NCBI GenBank assembly: GCA_965248355.1
Contig: OZ252098.1
Coordinates: 1,390,098-1,454,097, forward strand
From: Candidatus Latescibacterota bacterium
GTDB lineage: Bacteria; Latescibacterota; UBA2968; UBA8231
Length of the DNA stretch: 64,000 nt
Reading direction: 5' to 3'
Below are positions 1-9,403 of this stretch, piece by piece; the stretch's first letter is position 1; the number at the start of each line of letters is the position of its first letter. The translations under genes were made by a program, and so were the position numbers. The notes under the pieces were generated by a model. It did not search any database and had not been told where the DNA came from. It saw only the letters and a list, made by a program, of their open reading frames with translations.

Positions 1-69
1 GCCTGGTCAGGGGCCGGCGATCCCCTCCACCAGGGACTCCGGGCGGCCCTGTTCCTCCTGGCCCTGCTC

Positions 70-867
70 GTGCTGGCGGTGATCCTGCTAAAGGCGCGGC
101 GCCTCATGCCCCTGGAACGGGCCACGGGCGCCGCCGGGGCAGAGACCGGAGCGGCTCCGGCCCTGCCCCTGCGGATCAATCCCGCCGGGGCCTTGCCCGT
201 GGTGGTAGCCCAGGTGTGGCTCGATCCGTCCCTGGTTGCCGCCATCGCCACCTGCCTTCTCGTGGCGCTGGCCGCCCACCTGTACGCGGTCGAGGTCTTC
301 CATCCGCGCGATGCCGTCGAGCGCCTGGGACGGCTCGGGTTCCGCCTCGCCGCAGCCGCCTCCCCGGAGGACGCCGTCCGCCGTCTGCGCGACACTCAGC
401 ACCGTGTCATGGTGCCCGGCACTCTCGGACTCTGCGTGCTGGCGCTGGCGCCATGGATCGCCGCCAGCGGACTGGACCTGCGCCCGGACTGGAGCCTCAT
501 GTGCGGTCTCGACGCGCTGGTCCTCGCCGCCGTGGGCCTGCACCTGCGGCAGCAGGTCCGGAGCAGGAGATCCCTCGCCGGCCGCGAGGTTGCGCCGGTG
601 ATGGCCGCCGAGACCCGGTTCGAGCTAGACCTCGCCGCCGACGTCCTGCGCCGCGCCGGCATCGACAGCCGGATCCGCGACGACCGGGTGATCGCCGCCA
701 CCGGCACCCTCGCCCTCTGGGAGGCGAGCCGGCCGCGGTGGCCGAGCCTGACGGTGTACCCGCATCTCGGCGGCGGTCAGGCCCAGCTGCTGCTGGACGC
801 GGCCGAGGTAGAGGCCGCCGAGGGAGTGCTGCGGGAGGGCGGCCTGGCCGGGTCAGGCGCCGGCTGA
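70..867 (+). CDS. Hypothetical protein, possibly membrane-associated. It may be the C-terminal part of a gene that begins upstream of the window.
   Basis: 265-aa ORF with high GC3 codon bias and hydrophobic segments (LLVALAAHLY, LGLCVLALAPWIAAS). No recognisable catalytic motif. Confidence 0.3.
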   Translation: MLAVILLKARRLMPLERATGAAGAETGAAPALPLRINPAGALPVVVAQVWLDPSLVAAIATCLLVALAAHLYAVEVFHPRDAVERLGRLGFRLAAAASPEDAVRRLRDTQHRVMVPGTLGLCVLALAPWIAASGLDLRPDWSLMCGLDALVLAAVGLHLRQQVRSRRSLAGREVAPVMAAETRFELDLAADVLRRAGIDSRIRDDRVIAATGTLALWEASRPRWPSLTVYPHLGGGQAQLLLDAAEVEAAEGVLREGGLAGSGAG

Positions 868-899
868 GGCGGCCGCACTCGCGGGGAGTGGGCCTCTCG

Positions 900-1286
900 T
901 CACCAGTGCCGATTCACACCGTACCGGTCGAAAGCCCTGTCGATCGACACGATCACCAGATCGCGCGACAGGGCCTGGGCGATGAGCATCCGGTCGAAGG
1001 GGTCGCGATGTGGTCCGGGCAGGCGTCCGGCTCGTTCGGCATCGGCAACGCTGATGGTCAGTTCCTCGAAACCCTGGCTGGCGACGGCGCCGGCGATATC
1101 GAGCGCCACGGCTCCGCTTGCCTCCAGTCTTCCGAGTCGGAACTTGGTGGCGATCTCCCAGGCAGACGCGGCGCTGACAAGGATTTCGTTCGATTCGTCC
1201 GCGATCGTGCGGCGCGCGGGGACCGACAACCGCTCGCTGTCGGCGAGCCACCACAGCAACGCATGGGTGTCCAGCAGCGCCCGCAC
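900..1286 (-). CDS. vapC: Type II toxin VapC (PIN-domain ribonuclease)
   Basis: N-terminal 'LLDTHALLWWL' PIN signature and conserved acidic residues. It sits 2 nt downstream of the antitoxin ORF. Confidence 0.8.
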   Translation of the reverse strand: MRALLDTHALLWWLADSERLSVPARRTIADESNEILVSAASAWEIATKFRLGRLEASGAVALDIAGAVASQGFEELTISVADAERAGRLPGPHRDPFDRMLIAQALSRDLVIVSIDRAFDRYGVNRHW

Positions 1287-1288
1287 TG

Positions 1289-1522
1289 CTACCCGGCTTC
1301 CCAGACCTTCAGTTCGTCCTCCGGCAGCGGGTCGAGAAAACTGTCGGGAACGACGATCTGGCCCTTGAGGACATCGGGCTGCCGCTTGCCTGGGTGCTTG
1401 CAGCGGACGAGCCGTGCGACGGGCTCGCCCCGGCGGGCGATCACGACCTCCTCGCCGGTCTCGACTTGCGCCAGCAGCCGCGAGAGTTGGGTCTTGGCTT
1501 GATGGACATTGACGACAACCAT
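1289..1522 (-). CDS. Phd/YefM-family antitoxin
   Basis: Internal start at 'MVVVNVHQAKTQLSRLLAQVETGEEVVIARRGEPVARLV', a Phd/YefM motif. The ORF track begins further upstream at 1627, but 1522 gives a canonical 78-aa antitoxin immediately upstream of vapC. Confidence 0.7.
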   Translation of the reverse strand: MVVVNVHQAKTQLSRLLAQVETGEEVVIARRGEPVARLVRCKHPGKRQPDVLKGQIVVPDSFLDPLPEDELKVWEAG

Positions 1523-1543
1523 GGCTCTCCGCCTTCTTGAAGT

Positions 1544-1571
1544 GATCTTAGCTAAATAGATAGCTAAGATC
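1544..1571. promoter_or_regulatory. Perfect 11-bp inverted repeat (GATCTTAGCTA-aataga-TAGCTAAGATC), putative VapB/VapC autoregulatory operator
   Basis: The inverted repeat is seen directly in the sequence about 22 bp upstream of the antitoxin start. This is the expected location for a TA operator. Confidence 0.5.
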
Positions 1572-1716
1572 GGGGAAGTCAAGGCAAGACCGCGTACCGA
1601 GCAGCAATCCCCATGCTCCGCCATCACCCGGACGGCATCGCCGGGAACGGGGATTGGCCCGCTCTGCCCGATGGCCTATGATGGACGACGCCCCACCCCT
1701 CGATCCTCCACCACGG

Positions 1717-2751
1717 ATGCTGATGTCCAGAGTGAGACTCGCCCTCGTGGGCTGCGGGGGCATGTCCCGGGCGCACCTGCGCCGGTTCCACGTGCTCTCC
1801 GACCGCCTGGAGCTGGCCGCCGCCGTCGACGTCGATGCCGGCAAGGCCGCCGCCGTGGCCGAGCTGATGCCCGGGGTGCGCGCGGCCTCCGACTACCGCG
1901 AGGTCCTCGACGACGTCGATGCCGTCCTCCTCGTGCTCCCCCACCACGAGCACCACCCGGTGGGGCTCGCGTGCCTGCAGGCCGGCAAGCACGTCCTGCT
2001 GGAGAAGCCCATGGCCATCACCGAGGCCGCCTGCCTGGAGCTGATCGACGCCGGCCGCGCCGCCGGGCGGGTGCTGATGATCGCCTACTGCATGCGCTTT
2101 CACCCCCTCGTGTCGGGCATGAAGCAGCTCATCGACGACGGCGCCGCGGGCGACATCTTCCAGGTCTCGATCTGGACCGAGCAGCTCACCCGCTACCACG
2201 AGGGGCACTGGGCCCTGAAGGCGGCCACCCTCGGCGGCGGCCAGTTCTTCAGCCACGGCTGCCACTACGTCGACATCCTGCTGTGGTACCTGGGGCGGCC
2301 GGTGCGCGGCGTGCATCTGGGCACCAACCGCGGCACCCCCTGGATGGAGCGTGAGGGCACCAGCAACGCCGTCTTCGAGTTCGAGGGCGGCCGCCTGGGC
2401 TACCACTTCGGCACCTGGGGCGCCCGCGGCACGCGCTTGGGCTACGCCTTCCACGCCCACGGCACCGAAGGCATGATCGAGGCCGACATCCGGGGCGGCG
2501 AGCTGCGACTGCTCAGAGACGGGCAGACGGAGGTCGTGGGCCGCCACGAGACGGGCAAGCACACGGAGAACGAGATGGCCCATTTCCTCGACTGCATCGA
2601 GAGCGGCCGGGAGCCGCTCACCGGGGGGCCGGCGAGCCTGCAGAGCCTGCGGGCGATCTGGCGCATGTACGAGGCCGAGGCCGCCGGCGGCATGGCCGAC
2701 CTGAGGGGCCTGGGCCTGGACCAGGTCGACGAGCGCGGGAGGCTGAGGTGA
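1717..2751 (+). CDS. Gfo/Idh/MocA-family NAD(P)-dependent oxidoreductase
   Basis: N-terminal Rossmann motif 'VRLALVGCGGMSRAHL' and the 'EKP' motif. The ORF opens at TTG 1654; ATG 1717 is the chosen start. Confidence 0.75.
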   Translation: MLMSRVRLALVGCGGMSRAHLRRFHVLSDRLELAAAVDVDAGKAAAVAELMPGVRAASDYREVLDDVDAVLLVLPHHEHHPVGLACLQAGKHVLLEKPMAITEAACLELIDAGRAAGRVLMIAYCMRFHPLVSGMKQLIDDGAAGDIFQVSIWTEQLTRYHEGHWALKAATLGGGQFFSHGCHYVDILLWYLGRPVRGVHLGTNRGTPWMEREGTSNAVFEFEGGRLGYHFGTWGARGTRLGYAFHAHGTEGMIEADIRGGELRLLRDGQTEVVGRHETGKHTENEMAHFLDCIESGREPLTGGPASLQSLRAIWRMYEAEAAGGMADLRGLGLDQVDERGRLR

Positions 2752-4022
2752 GAGTCGGGGTCTCCCGCCTCGACATCACCCCCCGGGAGCCGGTGTGGCT
2801 CACCGGGTACGCGAACCGCGATCACCGCTCGGAGGGCTCCTACGCGCCGCTCTTCGCCGGCGCCCTCTACCTGGAGGGGGACGGGGACCGCGCCCTGGTG
2901 CTGACCGCCGACGTCATCGGCTTCTCGCCGCCCTGCGACGCCGAGGCCCGGCAGGCGGTCTGCGACGCCACCGGCCTGCTGCCGCGGCAGGTGGTGCTCA
3001 CCGCCACCCACACCCACTGCGGGCCCTTCTTCTCGCCCTGGAACATGCCCGGCGAGGTCGAGGCCGGGTACGCGGACTGGCTGATCGAGCGCCTCCAGGA
3101 GGCCGCGGTCACCGCCATCGGCGCCGCCGTCGAGGGGCGGGTCGAGTTCTCCCGGGGGCGCTCGGCCTTCGGCGTGAACCGGCGCCTTCCCGATGGCCGC
3201 GGCGGCGTCAGCTTCGCGCCGAATCCCGAGGGACCGATCGACCGCGACCTGGACACCCTGTGGTTCCGCAACGCCGGGGGCGAGCTGCTCGCATCGCTCA
3301 CCGTGTACGGGTGCCACCCCACCAGCATCGGCGGCTACCTCGTGGGCCCGGACTATCCCGGCTTCCTCTGCCGCCACCTGGGGGCCCGCACCGAGGCCCC
3401 AGCCCTCTTCGCAACGGGATGCGCCGGCGACGTGCGGCCCTGGTTCGGCCGCGGCGACCACGACGGCTTCGCGCGTCCCACGCTGAAGGAGCTGGAGGCG
3501 GCCGGGGCGGGCATGGCGGCGGAGGTCCTGGAGACACTCGCCGCGGCCGAGGCTGTCGCCGCCGACGGCCTGCGCATCGATCACATGTACCACCGGCTTC
3601 CCTACGCAGGGCTCCCCTCGATCGGGCGCCTCCAGGAGGCGGCGGACAGCCGCGACGACCACTGGCGCCGATGGGGCGAGATGATGCTGCCGCGCGCGAG
3701 GGCCGGCGGGCTCGCCGACGCCTGCGTCCACGAGATCCAGATGCTGCAGCTGAACCCGGACTTCCGGGTCGTCTTCCTCGGCGGCGAGGTGCTCTCCGAG
3801 ATCGGCCTGCACATCAAGAAGGCCCTCGCCCCCGCCACGACAATGACGGTGGCCTACGCCAACGGCCTGATCGCCTACGTGCCCGGCGCCGCCGCCGTCC
3901 CCCTCGGGGGCTACGAGGTGGACGGATCGTTCCACTACTTCATGAGGCCCGCCCCCTTCACCGCCGACTGCGAGAGGCTCCTCGTCGAGGGGACCGCCTC
4001 CCTGGCCGCCAGCCTGGGTTGA
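2748..4022 (+). CDS. Neutral/alkaline ceramidase-like hydrolase family protein
   Basis: 'GVSRLDITP...GYANR' N-terminal pattern and 'THTHCGP' resemble the neutral ceramidase family. Its start overlaps the upstream stop by 4 bp. Confidence 0.45.
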   Translation: MRVGVSRLDITPREPVWLTGYANRDHRSEGSYAPLFAGALYLEGDGDRALVLTADVIGFSPPCDAEARQAVCDATGLLPRQVVLTATHTHCGPFFSPWNMPGEVEAGYADWLIERLQEAAVTAIGAAVEGRVEFSRGRSAFGVNRRLPDGRGGVSFAPNPEGPIDRDLDTLWFRNAGGELLASLTVYGCHPTSIGGYLVGPDYPGFLCRHLGARTEAPALFATGCAGDVRPWFGRGDHDGFARPTLKELEAAGAGMAAEVLETLAAAEAVAADGLRIDHMYHRLPYAGLPSIGRLQEAADSRDDHWRRWGEMMLPRARAGGLADACVHEIQMLQLNPDFRVVFLGGEVLSEIGLHIKKALAPATTMTVAYANGLIAYVPGAAAVPLGGYEVDGSFHYFMRPAPFTADCERLLVEGTASLAASLG

Positions 4023-4025
4023 GAG

Positions 4026-4934
4026 ATGCCATACGATCCGGAGAACCGCACCTTCGACTGCGACCCCACCCTGAACGACTCCCAGGTCCTCGAGTTCTGC
4101 CGCGAGGGCTACCTGATGCTCCCCGGCGCCGTCCCCGACGAGATCAACGAGCGCGCCTGCCGCTACCTGAACGGGGAGATCCCCGTCGATCCGTCGTGGA
4201 TGCCGGAGGGCCTGACCATCGAGGAGCTCGAGCGCATGCGCGGCACCCACGAGCCGAGCGGGATCCTGCTCGAGGACTGGTTCGTCGAGCACGTGCTGCT
4301 GAACCCCGCCCTGGCCGGGGCCATGCGCTCCCTCCTCGGCGCCCACGTCGGCCTGCCGGTCCTCGTCAGCAACCACAGGGTCGAGTGTCCCGGCGAGGCT
4401 CAACGCTGGCACCACGACGCCGACCGGGTCTTCGGCCCCGAGCTGGAGTTCGCCGAGGTCTTCTACTTCCCCCAGGACACGCCGCCCGAGCTGGGGCCCA
4501 CCGAGATCGCCCCGCGCACCCACATCTCCCGCAGCGACGGCGACTTCACCGGCGAGGGCGTCCTCGCCGGGGGGCCCGCCGGCACCCTGGGCATCCACCA
4601 CCAGAGCATCCTGCACCGCCGCGGCGCCTCCACAGCCACGGGGCTGCGCCACATGCTCAAGTACAACTACTGGCGCACCTCGCCCCCCTGCCGCGACTGG
4701 ATCGACGACCCGGAGTTCGACCCGCGCACCGCCACGTACGGCGGCCACGCCCACTGCCAGTACGTGGCCCACATGTTCTGGTGGCTCCAAGGCAAGGGGG
4801 ACGAGTACCGCATCATCGGGGGCCAGGGCTGGCCCTTCCGCACCCCGAACCAGATCGGCCCGTCCTACGGGTACGGACGGCCCGAGGGATACCAGCCCGA
4901 CTGGCGCCGGAACCCGGACGGGTACTCGCGCTGA
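4026..4934 (+). CDS. Phytanoyl-CoA dioxygenase (PhyH)-family Fe(II)/2-oxoglutarate oxygenase
   Basis: 'HHDAD...H' 2-His-1-carboxylate arrangement and overall PhyH-like layout. Confidence 0.65.
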   Translation: MPYDPENRTFDCDPTLNDSQVLEFCREGYLMLPGAVPDEINERACRYLNGEIPVDPSWMPEGLTIEELERMRGTHEPSGILLEDWFVEHVLLNPALAGAMRSLLGAHVGLPVLVSNHRVECPGEAQRWHHDADRVFGPELEFAEVFYFPQDTPPELGPTEIAPRTHISRSDGDFTGEGVLAGGPAGTLGIHHQSILHRRGASTATGLRHMLKYNYWRTSPPCRDWIDDPEFDPRTATYGGHAHCQYVAHMFWWLQGKGDEYRIIGGQGWPFRTPNQIGPSYGYGRPEGYQPDWRRNPDGYSR

Positions 4935-5019
4935 GGCCAGGGTAGCCGGGGGCCCTTTGCGGGCAGCCGAGTCCCCGTGGGTCTCGTCAGCCCGGGGTGC
5001 CCGACCTCCTACCGAATCA

Positions 5020-5240
5020 GGCCGAGCTTTCCGACCCGGACCTGCTTGCCGGCGACGAGGCGGTAGAGGTACAGCCCCGAAGCGAGGGGCGGCCGGCTTC
5101 GTCGGTGCCGGACCAGACGCGGGTGTGAAGCCGGGCGTCAGGATCTCGCCGCGACCAGTTCGGTGACCCGCTGACCCGCGGTGTTGTGAATGGCCAGAGT
5201 CACCGGCGCGGCCTCCGGCAACTGGAAGCGCAAGGTGGTT
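5020..5240 (-). pseudogene. Degraded C-terminal remnant of a T9SS/FlgD-Ig-like C-terminal sorting-domain protein
   Basis: Minus-strand translation gives '...VTLAIHNTAGQRVTELV...' and 'SGLYLYRLVAGKQVRVGKLGLIR*' across two frames, with an internal stop. It resembles the intact CTD at 62794–63402. The remnant abuts the IS256 left end. Confidence 0.4.
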
Positions 5241-5409
5241 TCGGAGTTTCTTCGCTACCCTCGAAACCGACTTGCCGGACCGTCATGAGCTACTATCGAA
5301 AGGTGTGGAAAAAGAGAAAAGGCGACCCTACCCTTCCTAATTAGCAGCACACCACGAACGGCCCGGGTGACGCCGGGCCTGGAAGGAGAGAGTCGCCGTG
5401 AAGGAATCT

Positions 5410-6774
5410 GGCTCATCCGGGATTACTGTGGGTAGCCCCAACATGTTGTGGTCGCGGGTAGAGGTCGAGTCCGCCGCAATGGAAGTAGATGGCGGTCTGG
5501 AAGTTCGTGCGGTTGCGATAGCCTCGGGCCAGGCGCTTGACCTTCTCCACCTGGGCGTTCACCGCCTCGTTGAGGGCGTTGGTGATCCGGTGTCGCAGGT
5601 AGGTCAGGATGTTGTCCAGGCGCCGCTTCAGCGTGCGGGCCACGGCGATCACCGGCGGCAGACGGCTATGGGTGGCCCAGAAGTACCAGCGTCGGAAGAA
5701 GCGACGGGCCCACCCTTCCCGGCGGTAGGTCCACAGCTGGCGCAGATTCTCCTTCAGGGCCCAAGCGCGGCTGACCTGCAGGTCCATGGACCGCAACTCC
5801 TCGAACCGGGGCAGCAGGGCCTCGGGGATCCGGTCGGGGTGGTAGAGCCACAGATACTTGGTCCCCGTGAGGCACCTCGTCGTGCTGGGCCCGCAGCTTC
5901 TTGTGTTCTTGGCGGCGCACCCGGTCGACGGCCTCATTCATCAGTCGCAGGACGTGGAACTTGTCGAACACGATCTTGTCCTGGGCGTCGGGCACCCAGG
6001 CTTTCACGGCCGCGATGTAGGGGTCGTGCATGTCCAGGCAGATGGCCTCGATCCGCTCCAACTCCTCTTCGTCGAAGGGGAGGAAATACGCCTCCAGACT
6101 CTCCCGGCCCCGACCGTCGGCCACGTGTTCCACGCTCTGGGTCTGCAGGTCGCAGACCAGGGTCATGTACCGGTGGCGCTTGGCGAAGGCCTTCTCGTCG
6201 ACGCCGAGATGGACCGGCACCTTCCACACCTTACGGCGCTGACCCCGGTCCACGGCGCGGCCCATGACCCCCCCACAGCGATCCCAACTGAGCCCGGTGA
6301 GGCGGCTCACCGCCTCGAGGCTGCACTCCTTGGCCAAGTCGATGACGTGGGCCTCCAGGGCCCGGGTCAGACCCGAGCCGGGCTCGGCCCACTCGGAGGC
6401 GATGGAGAGCACGCCGTGGACCCGGCACTGGACCCGGGGCAGGCGGGTATGGACGTAGGTCGGCAGATCGCAGGTGTCCAGATGGCGCCATTCCCGCTCG
6501 GGGGCATGGTCGTAAACGGGACACCAAGCGTCACAGCGCGGGCAGCGCATTTTGACCCCGCGCTCATGGTCCACGTAGACATCGACCCGCTCCTGGTCCT
6601 GGAACCGCACCTCGAGCACGATCCAGGGGCGCTCGATGCGAAGCAGACGGGCATAGAACTGCTTGAGGTCGTCCATGGGCGGCCCTCCCCGATGGCGGTG
6701 GCAAGGGACTGCGAGGCTCGATCCCTATGATACCACAACATCTTGGGGGTCCCCACTCTCAACCCGGATGAGCC
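5410..6774 (-). mobile_element. ISL3-family insertion sequence with 8-bp target-site duplication AGGAATCT
   Basis: 43-bp terminal inverted repeats: 5410–5452 'ggctcatccgggattactgtgggtagcccc...' matches the reverse complement of 6732–6774. The 8-bp direct repeat 'aggaatct' lies at 5402–5409 and 6775–6782. Insertion site is about 30 bp upstream of the IS256 transposase start. Confidence 0.8.
5413..6676 (-). pseudogene. ISL3-family transposase, frameshifted (two overlapping ORFs of 336 and 174 aa)
   Basis: The N-terminal ORF has a zinc-finger motif 'CPRCDAWCPVYD' and a DDE region. The C-terminal ORF carries '...YRNRTNFQTAIYFHCGGLDLYP'. The frame changes around 5860–5940. Confidence 0.75.
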
Positions 6775-6806
6775 AGGAATCTACGCTGGCGTTCCCCCCC
6801 GCGTCC

Positions 6807-7136
6807 ATGCCCAGTTGGGAGACCTTGGAAGGCTGGGCTCGCTCTCAGATCCAGGACCTGCTGCAGCGAGTGTTGGAGGAGGAGGTGACCGAAGTGCTGG
6901 GGCGCACGCGGTATGCGCGCCGATCGGCGGTGGACGGCCCTCCGGGCTCGCGCAACGGCTATGGCAAGCCGCGGCGGCTGTCCCTGATGTCGGGCACCAT
7001 CGAGGTAAGACGGCCGCGGGTCCGGGGGCTGGAAGAGCGCTTTGAGAGCCGCATCCTGCCGCTGTTCCAGCGACGCACCCGCGAGGTGACCCAGCTGTTG
7101 CCCGAGCTCTACCTGCACGGGCTGTCGCAGGGCGAC
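6807..7136 (+). pseudogene. IS256-family (Mutator-type) transposase, N-terminal fragment cut by the IS3 insertion
   Basis: 'NGYGKPRRLSLMSGTIEVRRPRVRGLEERFESRILPLFQRRTREVTQLLPELYLHGLSQGD' is a typical IS256 N-terminus. The reading frame is broken after GD at 7136. Confidence 0.7.
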
Positions 7137-7194
7137 TGGAGTTGCCCCCGTTTGGTGGACATCCCCGATATTTGGGCAAAAGGAGGATGTCCTC

Positions 7195-7509
7195 ATGCCA
7201 CAGTCTCACCGTCCGTATCCGCCTGAGTTCCGCCAGCAGATGGTCGAGCTGGTGAGAGCCGGGCGGACCCCCGAGCAGTTGAGCCAGGAGTTCGAGCCCT
7301 CGTCCCAGGCGATTCGCAACTGGGTGCGCCAGGCGGATCGCGACGAGGGGCGGGGAGCCGAGGGAGTCACCCGCGCCGAGCGGGACGAGTTGCGGCGCCT
7401 GCGCCGGGAGAACAAGCGCCTGCGCACGGAGCGGGAGATTCTGTCAAAAGCCGCCACCTGGTTCGCTCGGGAGGCCGATTCGAGGTCGTCGAGGTCTTCG
7501 GATTCGTGA
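7195..7509 (+). CDS. IS3-family transposase OrfA (HTH)
   Basis: 'ELVRAGRTPEQLSQEFEPSSQAIRNWVRQ' HTH motif and a leucine-zipper-like C-terminus. An RBS 'aaaggagg' precedes the ATG. Confidence 0.8.
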   Translation: MPQSHRPYPPEFRQQMVELVRAGRTPEQLSQEFEPSSQAIRNWVRQADRDEGRGAEGVTRAERDELRRLRRENKRLRTEREILSKAATWFAREADSRSSRSSDS

Positions 7510-9185
7510 GCGCTCACCAGGATCAGTATCCCATCGCCACCATGTGCCGCGTCCTGGGCGTCTCCCCCAGCGGGTACTATGCGTGGCGCCGCCGGCAGCC
7601 GTCGGCGCGCTCCTTGTCCGATGCGCAGTTGACGCCCTTGATCGACCAGGTCCACACGTGGTCGCGAGGCACCTACGGGGTGCCGCGCATGGTCCGGGAG
7701 TTGAGAGCTCGCGGACAGCCCGTCAACCCCAAGCGCGTGGCTCGCCTGATGCGGGAGGCCGGCTTGCAGGGCGTCAGCCGCCGCAAGTCGACGTGTACCA
7801 CGCGGCGCGACGCGGACGCTCCGGCGGCGCCCGACCTGGTCGACCGCGACTTCGCGGCGGCCGGTCCGGACGCGTTGTGGGTGGCGGACATCGAGCGCCA
7901 CGAGGCGCTGTGGCACCGTGCGGTGGTGAAAGGCCACCGCCTTCAGTCCGTCGCAGCGGGCTGACGTAGCTGAGGGCAGCCGGATCCCAGGGGACGCGGG
8001 AGAAGGCGACAAGCCGCCCTGACAAAGCCGGGACGGACCAGCACCGTCAGATGGGCCGGGTCCGGCGAGCGAGACAGGAAGGTGTACGCAAGGAACCAGT
8101 GTCAAACGCCCCTCAGGAGACCCACCAGCTCGAACCTGACGGATCCGGGCTGGGTTGCGGTGCGCACTGGCACCGGAGTGGTGCCGGAAACTCCCGCGTC
8201 GGTCGATGTCGCCGGCAGGGAGGCCACGGGGAAGGACTGCGGCGTAACCGTGGCGATACCGCAGGGGCATAGTTGGGCACCTCCCCTGTCGAACGGTGGA
8301 ACAGGGAACGTGGGAACCCTCCCAGCGGCCCCACCCCGGTCCGCTTCGGGCGGACCGGCGGGAAGGCTCGTCGCCAGCTGATGCCGAGGGGAGGGGGCGG
8401 AGGGGCCGTAGTAGTCCGAGGCCGGGAAAGCCGGTCACATGGCGAAGGACCCCAGCGTGTTCGCAGCCACGATACATCCCATGGAGGCCGCTGATGAACA
8501 TCGGCGCACCGTGGCCCGACCTCGAAGAGGCCGAGCCCCGGGTACGAGGAATGCAATCGAAGCTGCACCAGTGGGCGGTGGCCACTGAGCCGCCACCCAT
8601 CGGCATGAACACGGGGAGAGCCGGATGCGGCGAGAGTCGCACGTCCGGTTCGGAGGGCGGACCGCAGAAACCCACTCGTTGCGAAACGAACAGGGCGCTG
8701 CGGTCCGACCCTACACCTACGTGCCGACGTGGTCTGGATTCCTGTATCTGGCCGTGGTCCTGGACGCCTGGAGCCGGCGCGTGGTGGGGTGGGCCATGGC
8801 CGGTCATCTGCGGACGGAGTTGGTCGTGCAGGCCTTGGACATGGCCCTCGGGCAACGACGTCGTCCGGAGGGGGTGATTCATCACTCGGATCAGGGATGC
8901 CAGTATTCGTCGCTGGCCTTCGGGCGCCGTTGCCGGGAGGCCGGGGTGCGGCCGTCGAGGGGCTCGGTGGGCGACTGCTACGACAACGCCCTGTGTGAGA
9001 GCTTCTTCGCCACCCTCGAGTGTGAGCTGCTCGACCGTCGCTGCTTCCCGACGCATGAGGTCGCCCGCCGCGAGATTTTTGACTACATCGAGTCTTGGTA
9101 CAACCGGCATCGCCGTCACTCGGCCCTCAACTACGAATCGCCGATGAACTTCGAACGCGCCCATGTCCAGCCGCAGGTTGCCTGA
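7506..9185 (+). CDS. IS3-family transposase OrfB (integrase/DDE), split by an 822-bp intron-like insertion
   Basis: Exon 1 (7506–7892) ends '...DALWVADI' and exon 2 (8715–9185) starts 'TYVPTWSGFLYLAVVLDAWSRRVVGWAM...' (rve domain). Exon 1 is in the −1 frame relative to orfA. The insertion is a multiple of 3 (822 bp) but contains stops. Removing it gives a canonical 286-aa OrfB. Confidence 0.7.
7893..8714 (+). mobile_element. ORF-less (intron-encoded-protein-deleted) group II intron inserted in IS3 orfB
   Basis: Canonical domain V at 8618–8651 (GAGCCGGAUGCGGCGAGAGUCGCACGUCCGGUUC: AGC triad, GNRA loop). A domain-VI-like helix (ggaccgcag/ctgcggtcc) has a bulged A 7 nt from the 3' end '...CCCUAC'. 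The boundaries exactly restore the OrfB frame. A vestigial ORF from 8494 encodes the RT/maturase N-terminal motif 'RVRGMQSKLHQWA' and then runs into domain V. The 5' end is GAGCG rather than the consensus GUGYG. Confidence 0.7.
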
Positions 9186-9403
9186 TGCGGGATCTGTTCG
9201 CCATGAAGCGGATCTTCCCGGGCCCTCCCGGGACCAGCCGGTGCTCTCCCGACCACCCGGTCTCTCGCACCGGGCCGGGGCGCCACACCGGTACCCCGAG
9301 CTCCACCCGGGCTCCGGGGCCGGGGTACTCCCACTCTACAACTTCCACATTCGGCAAAACCTGCCGAAAGCACTTAACTGTCCACCGTACGGGGGTAGCT
9401 CCA

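Larger units (their letters stand above)
7137..9403 (+). mobile_element. IS3-family insertion sequence (orfA/orfB) with 3-bp TSD 'GAC', carrying a group II intron in orfB
   Basis: Left inverted repeat 'TGGAGTTGCCCCCGTTTGGTGGACA' at 7137 matches the reverse complement of the right end '...tgtccaccgtacgggggtagctCCA' at 9403 (TG...CA termini). The flanking 'gac' at 7134–7136 and 9404–9406 reconstitutes the IS256 transposase 'G-D-F-E' codons. Confidence 0.8.

Noticed and set aside
2442-4790. 782-aa minus-strand ORF antisense to the ceramidase-like and PhyH genes
   Set aside because: The protein is low-complexity and rich in Ala, Gly, Arg and Pro, as expected for a GC-frame artefact in 70%-GC DNA. 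The plus-strand genes it overlaps have clear motifs.
8051-8600. Several 70–190-aa ORFs inside the group II intron and IS3 region (e.g. 8296–8877)
   Set aside because: They overlap the intron ribozyme domains. Only the first roughly 25 codons from 8494 resemble an RT/maturase N-terminus. They are treated as the vestigial intron-encoded-protein remnant, not as genes.
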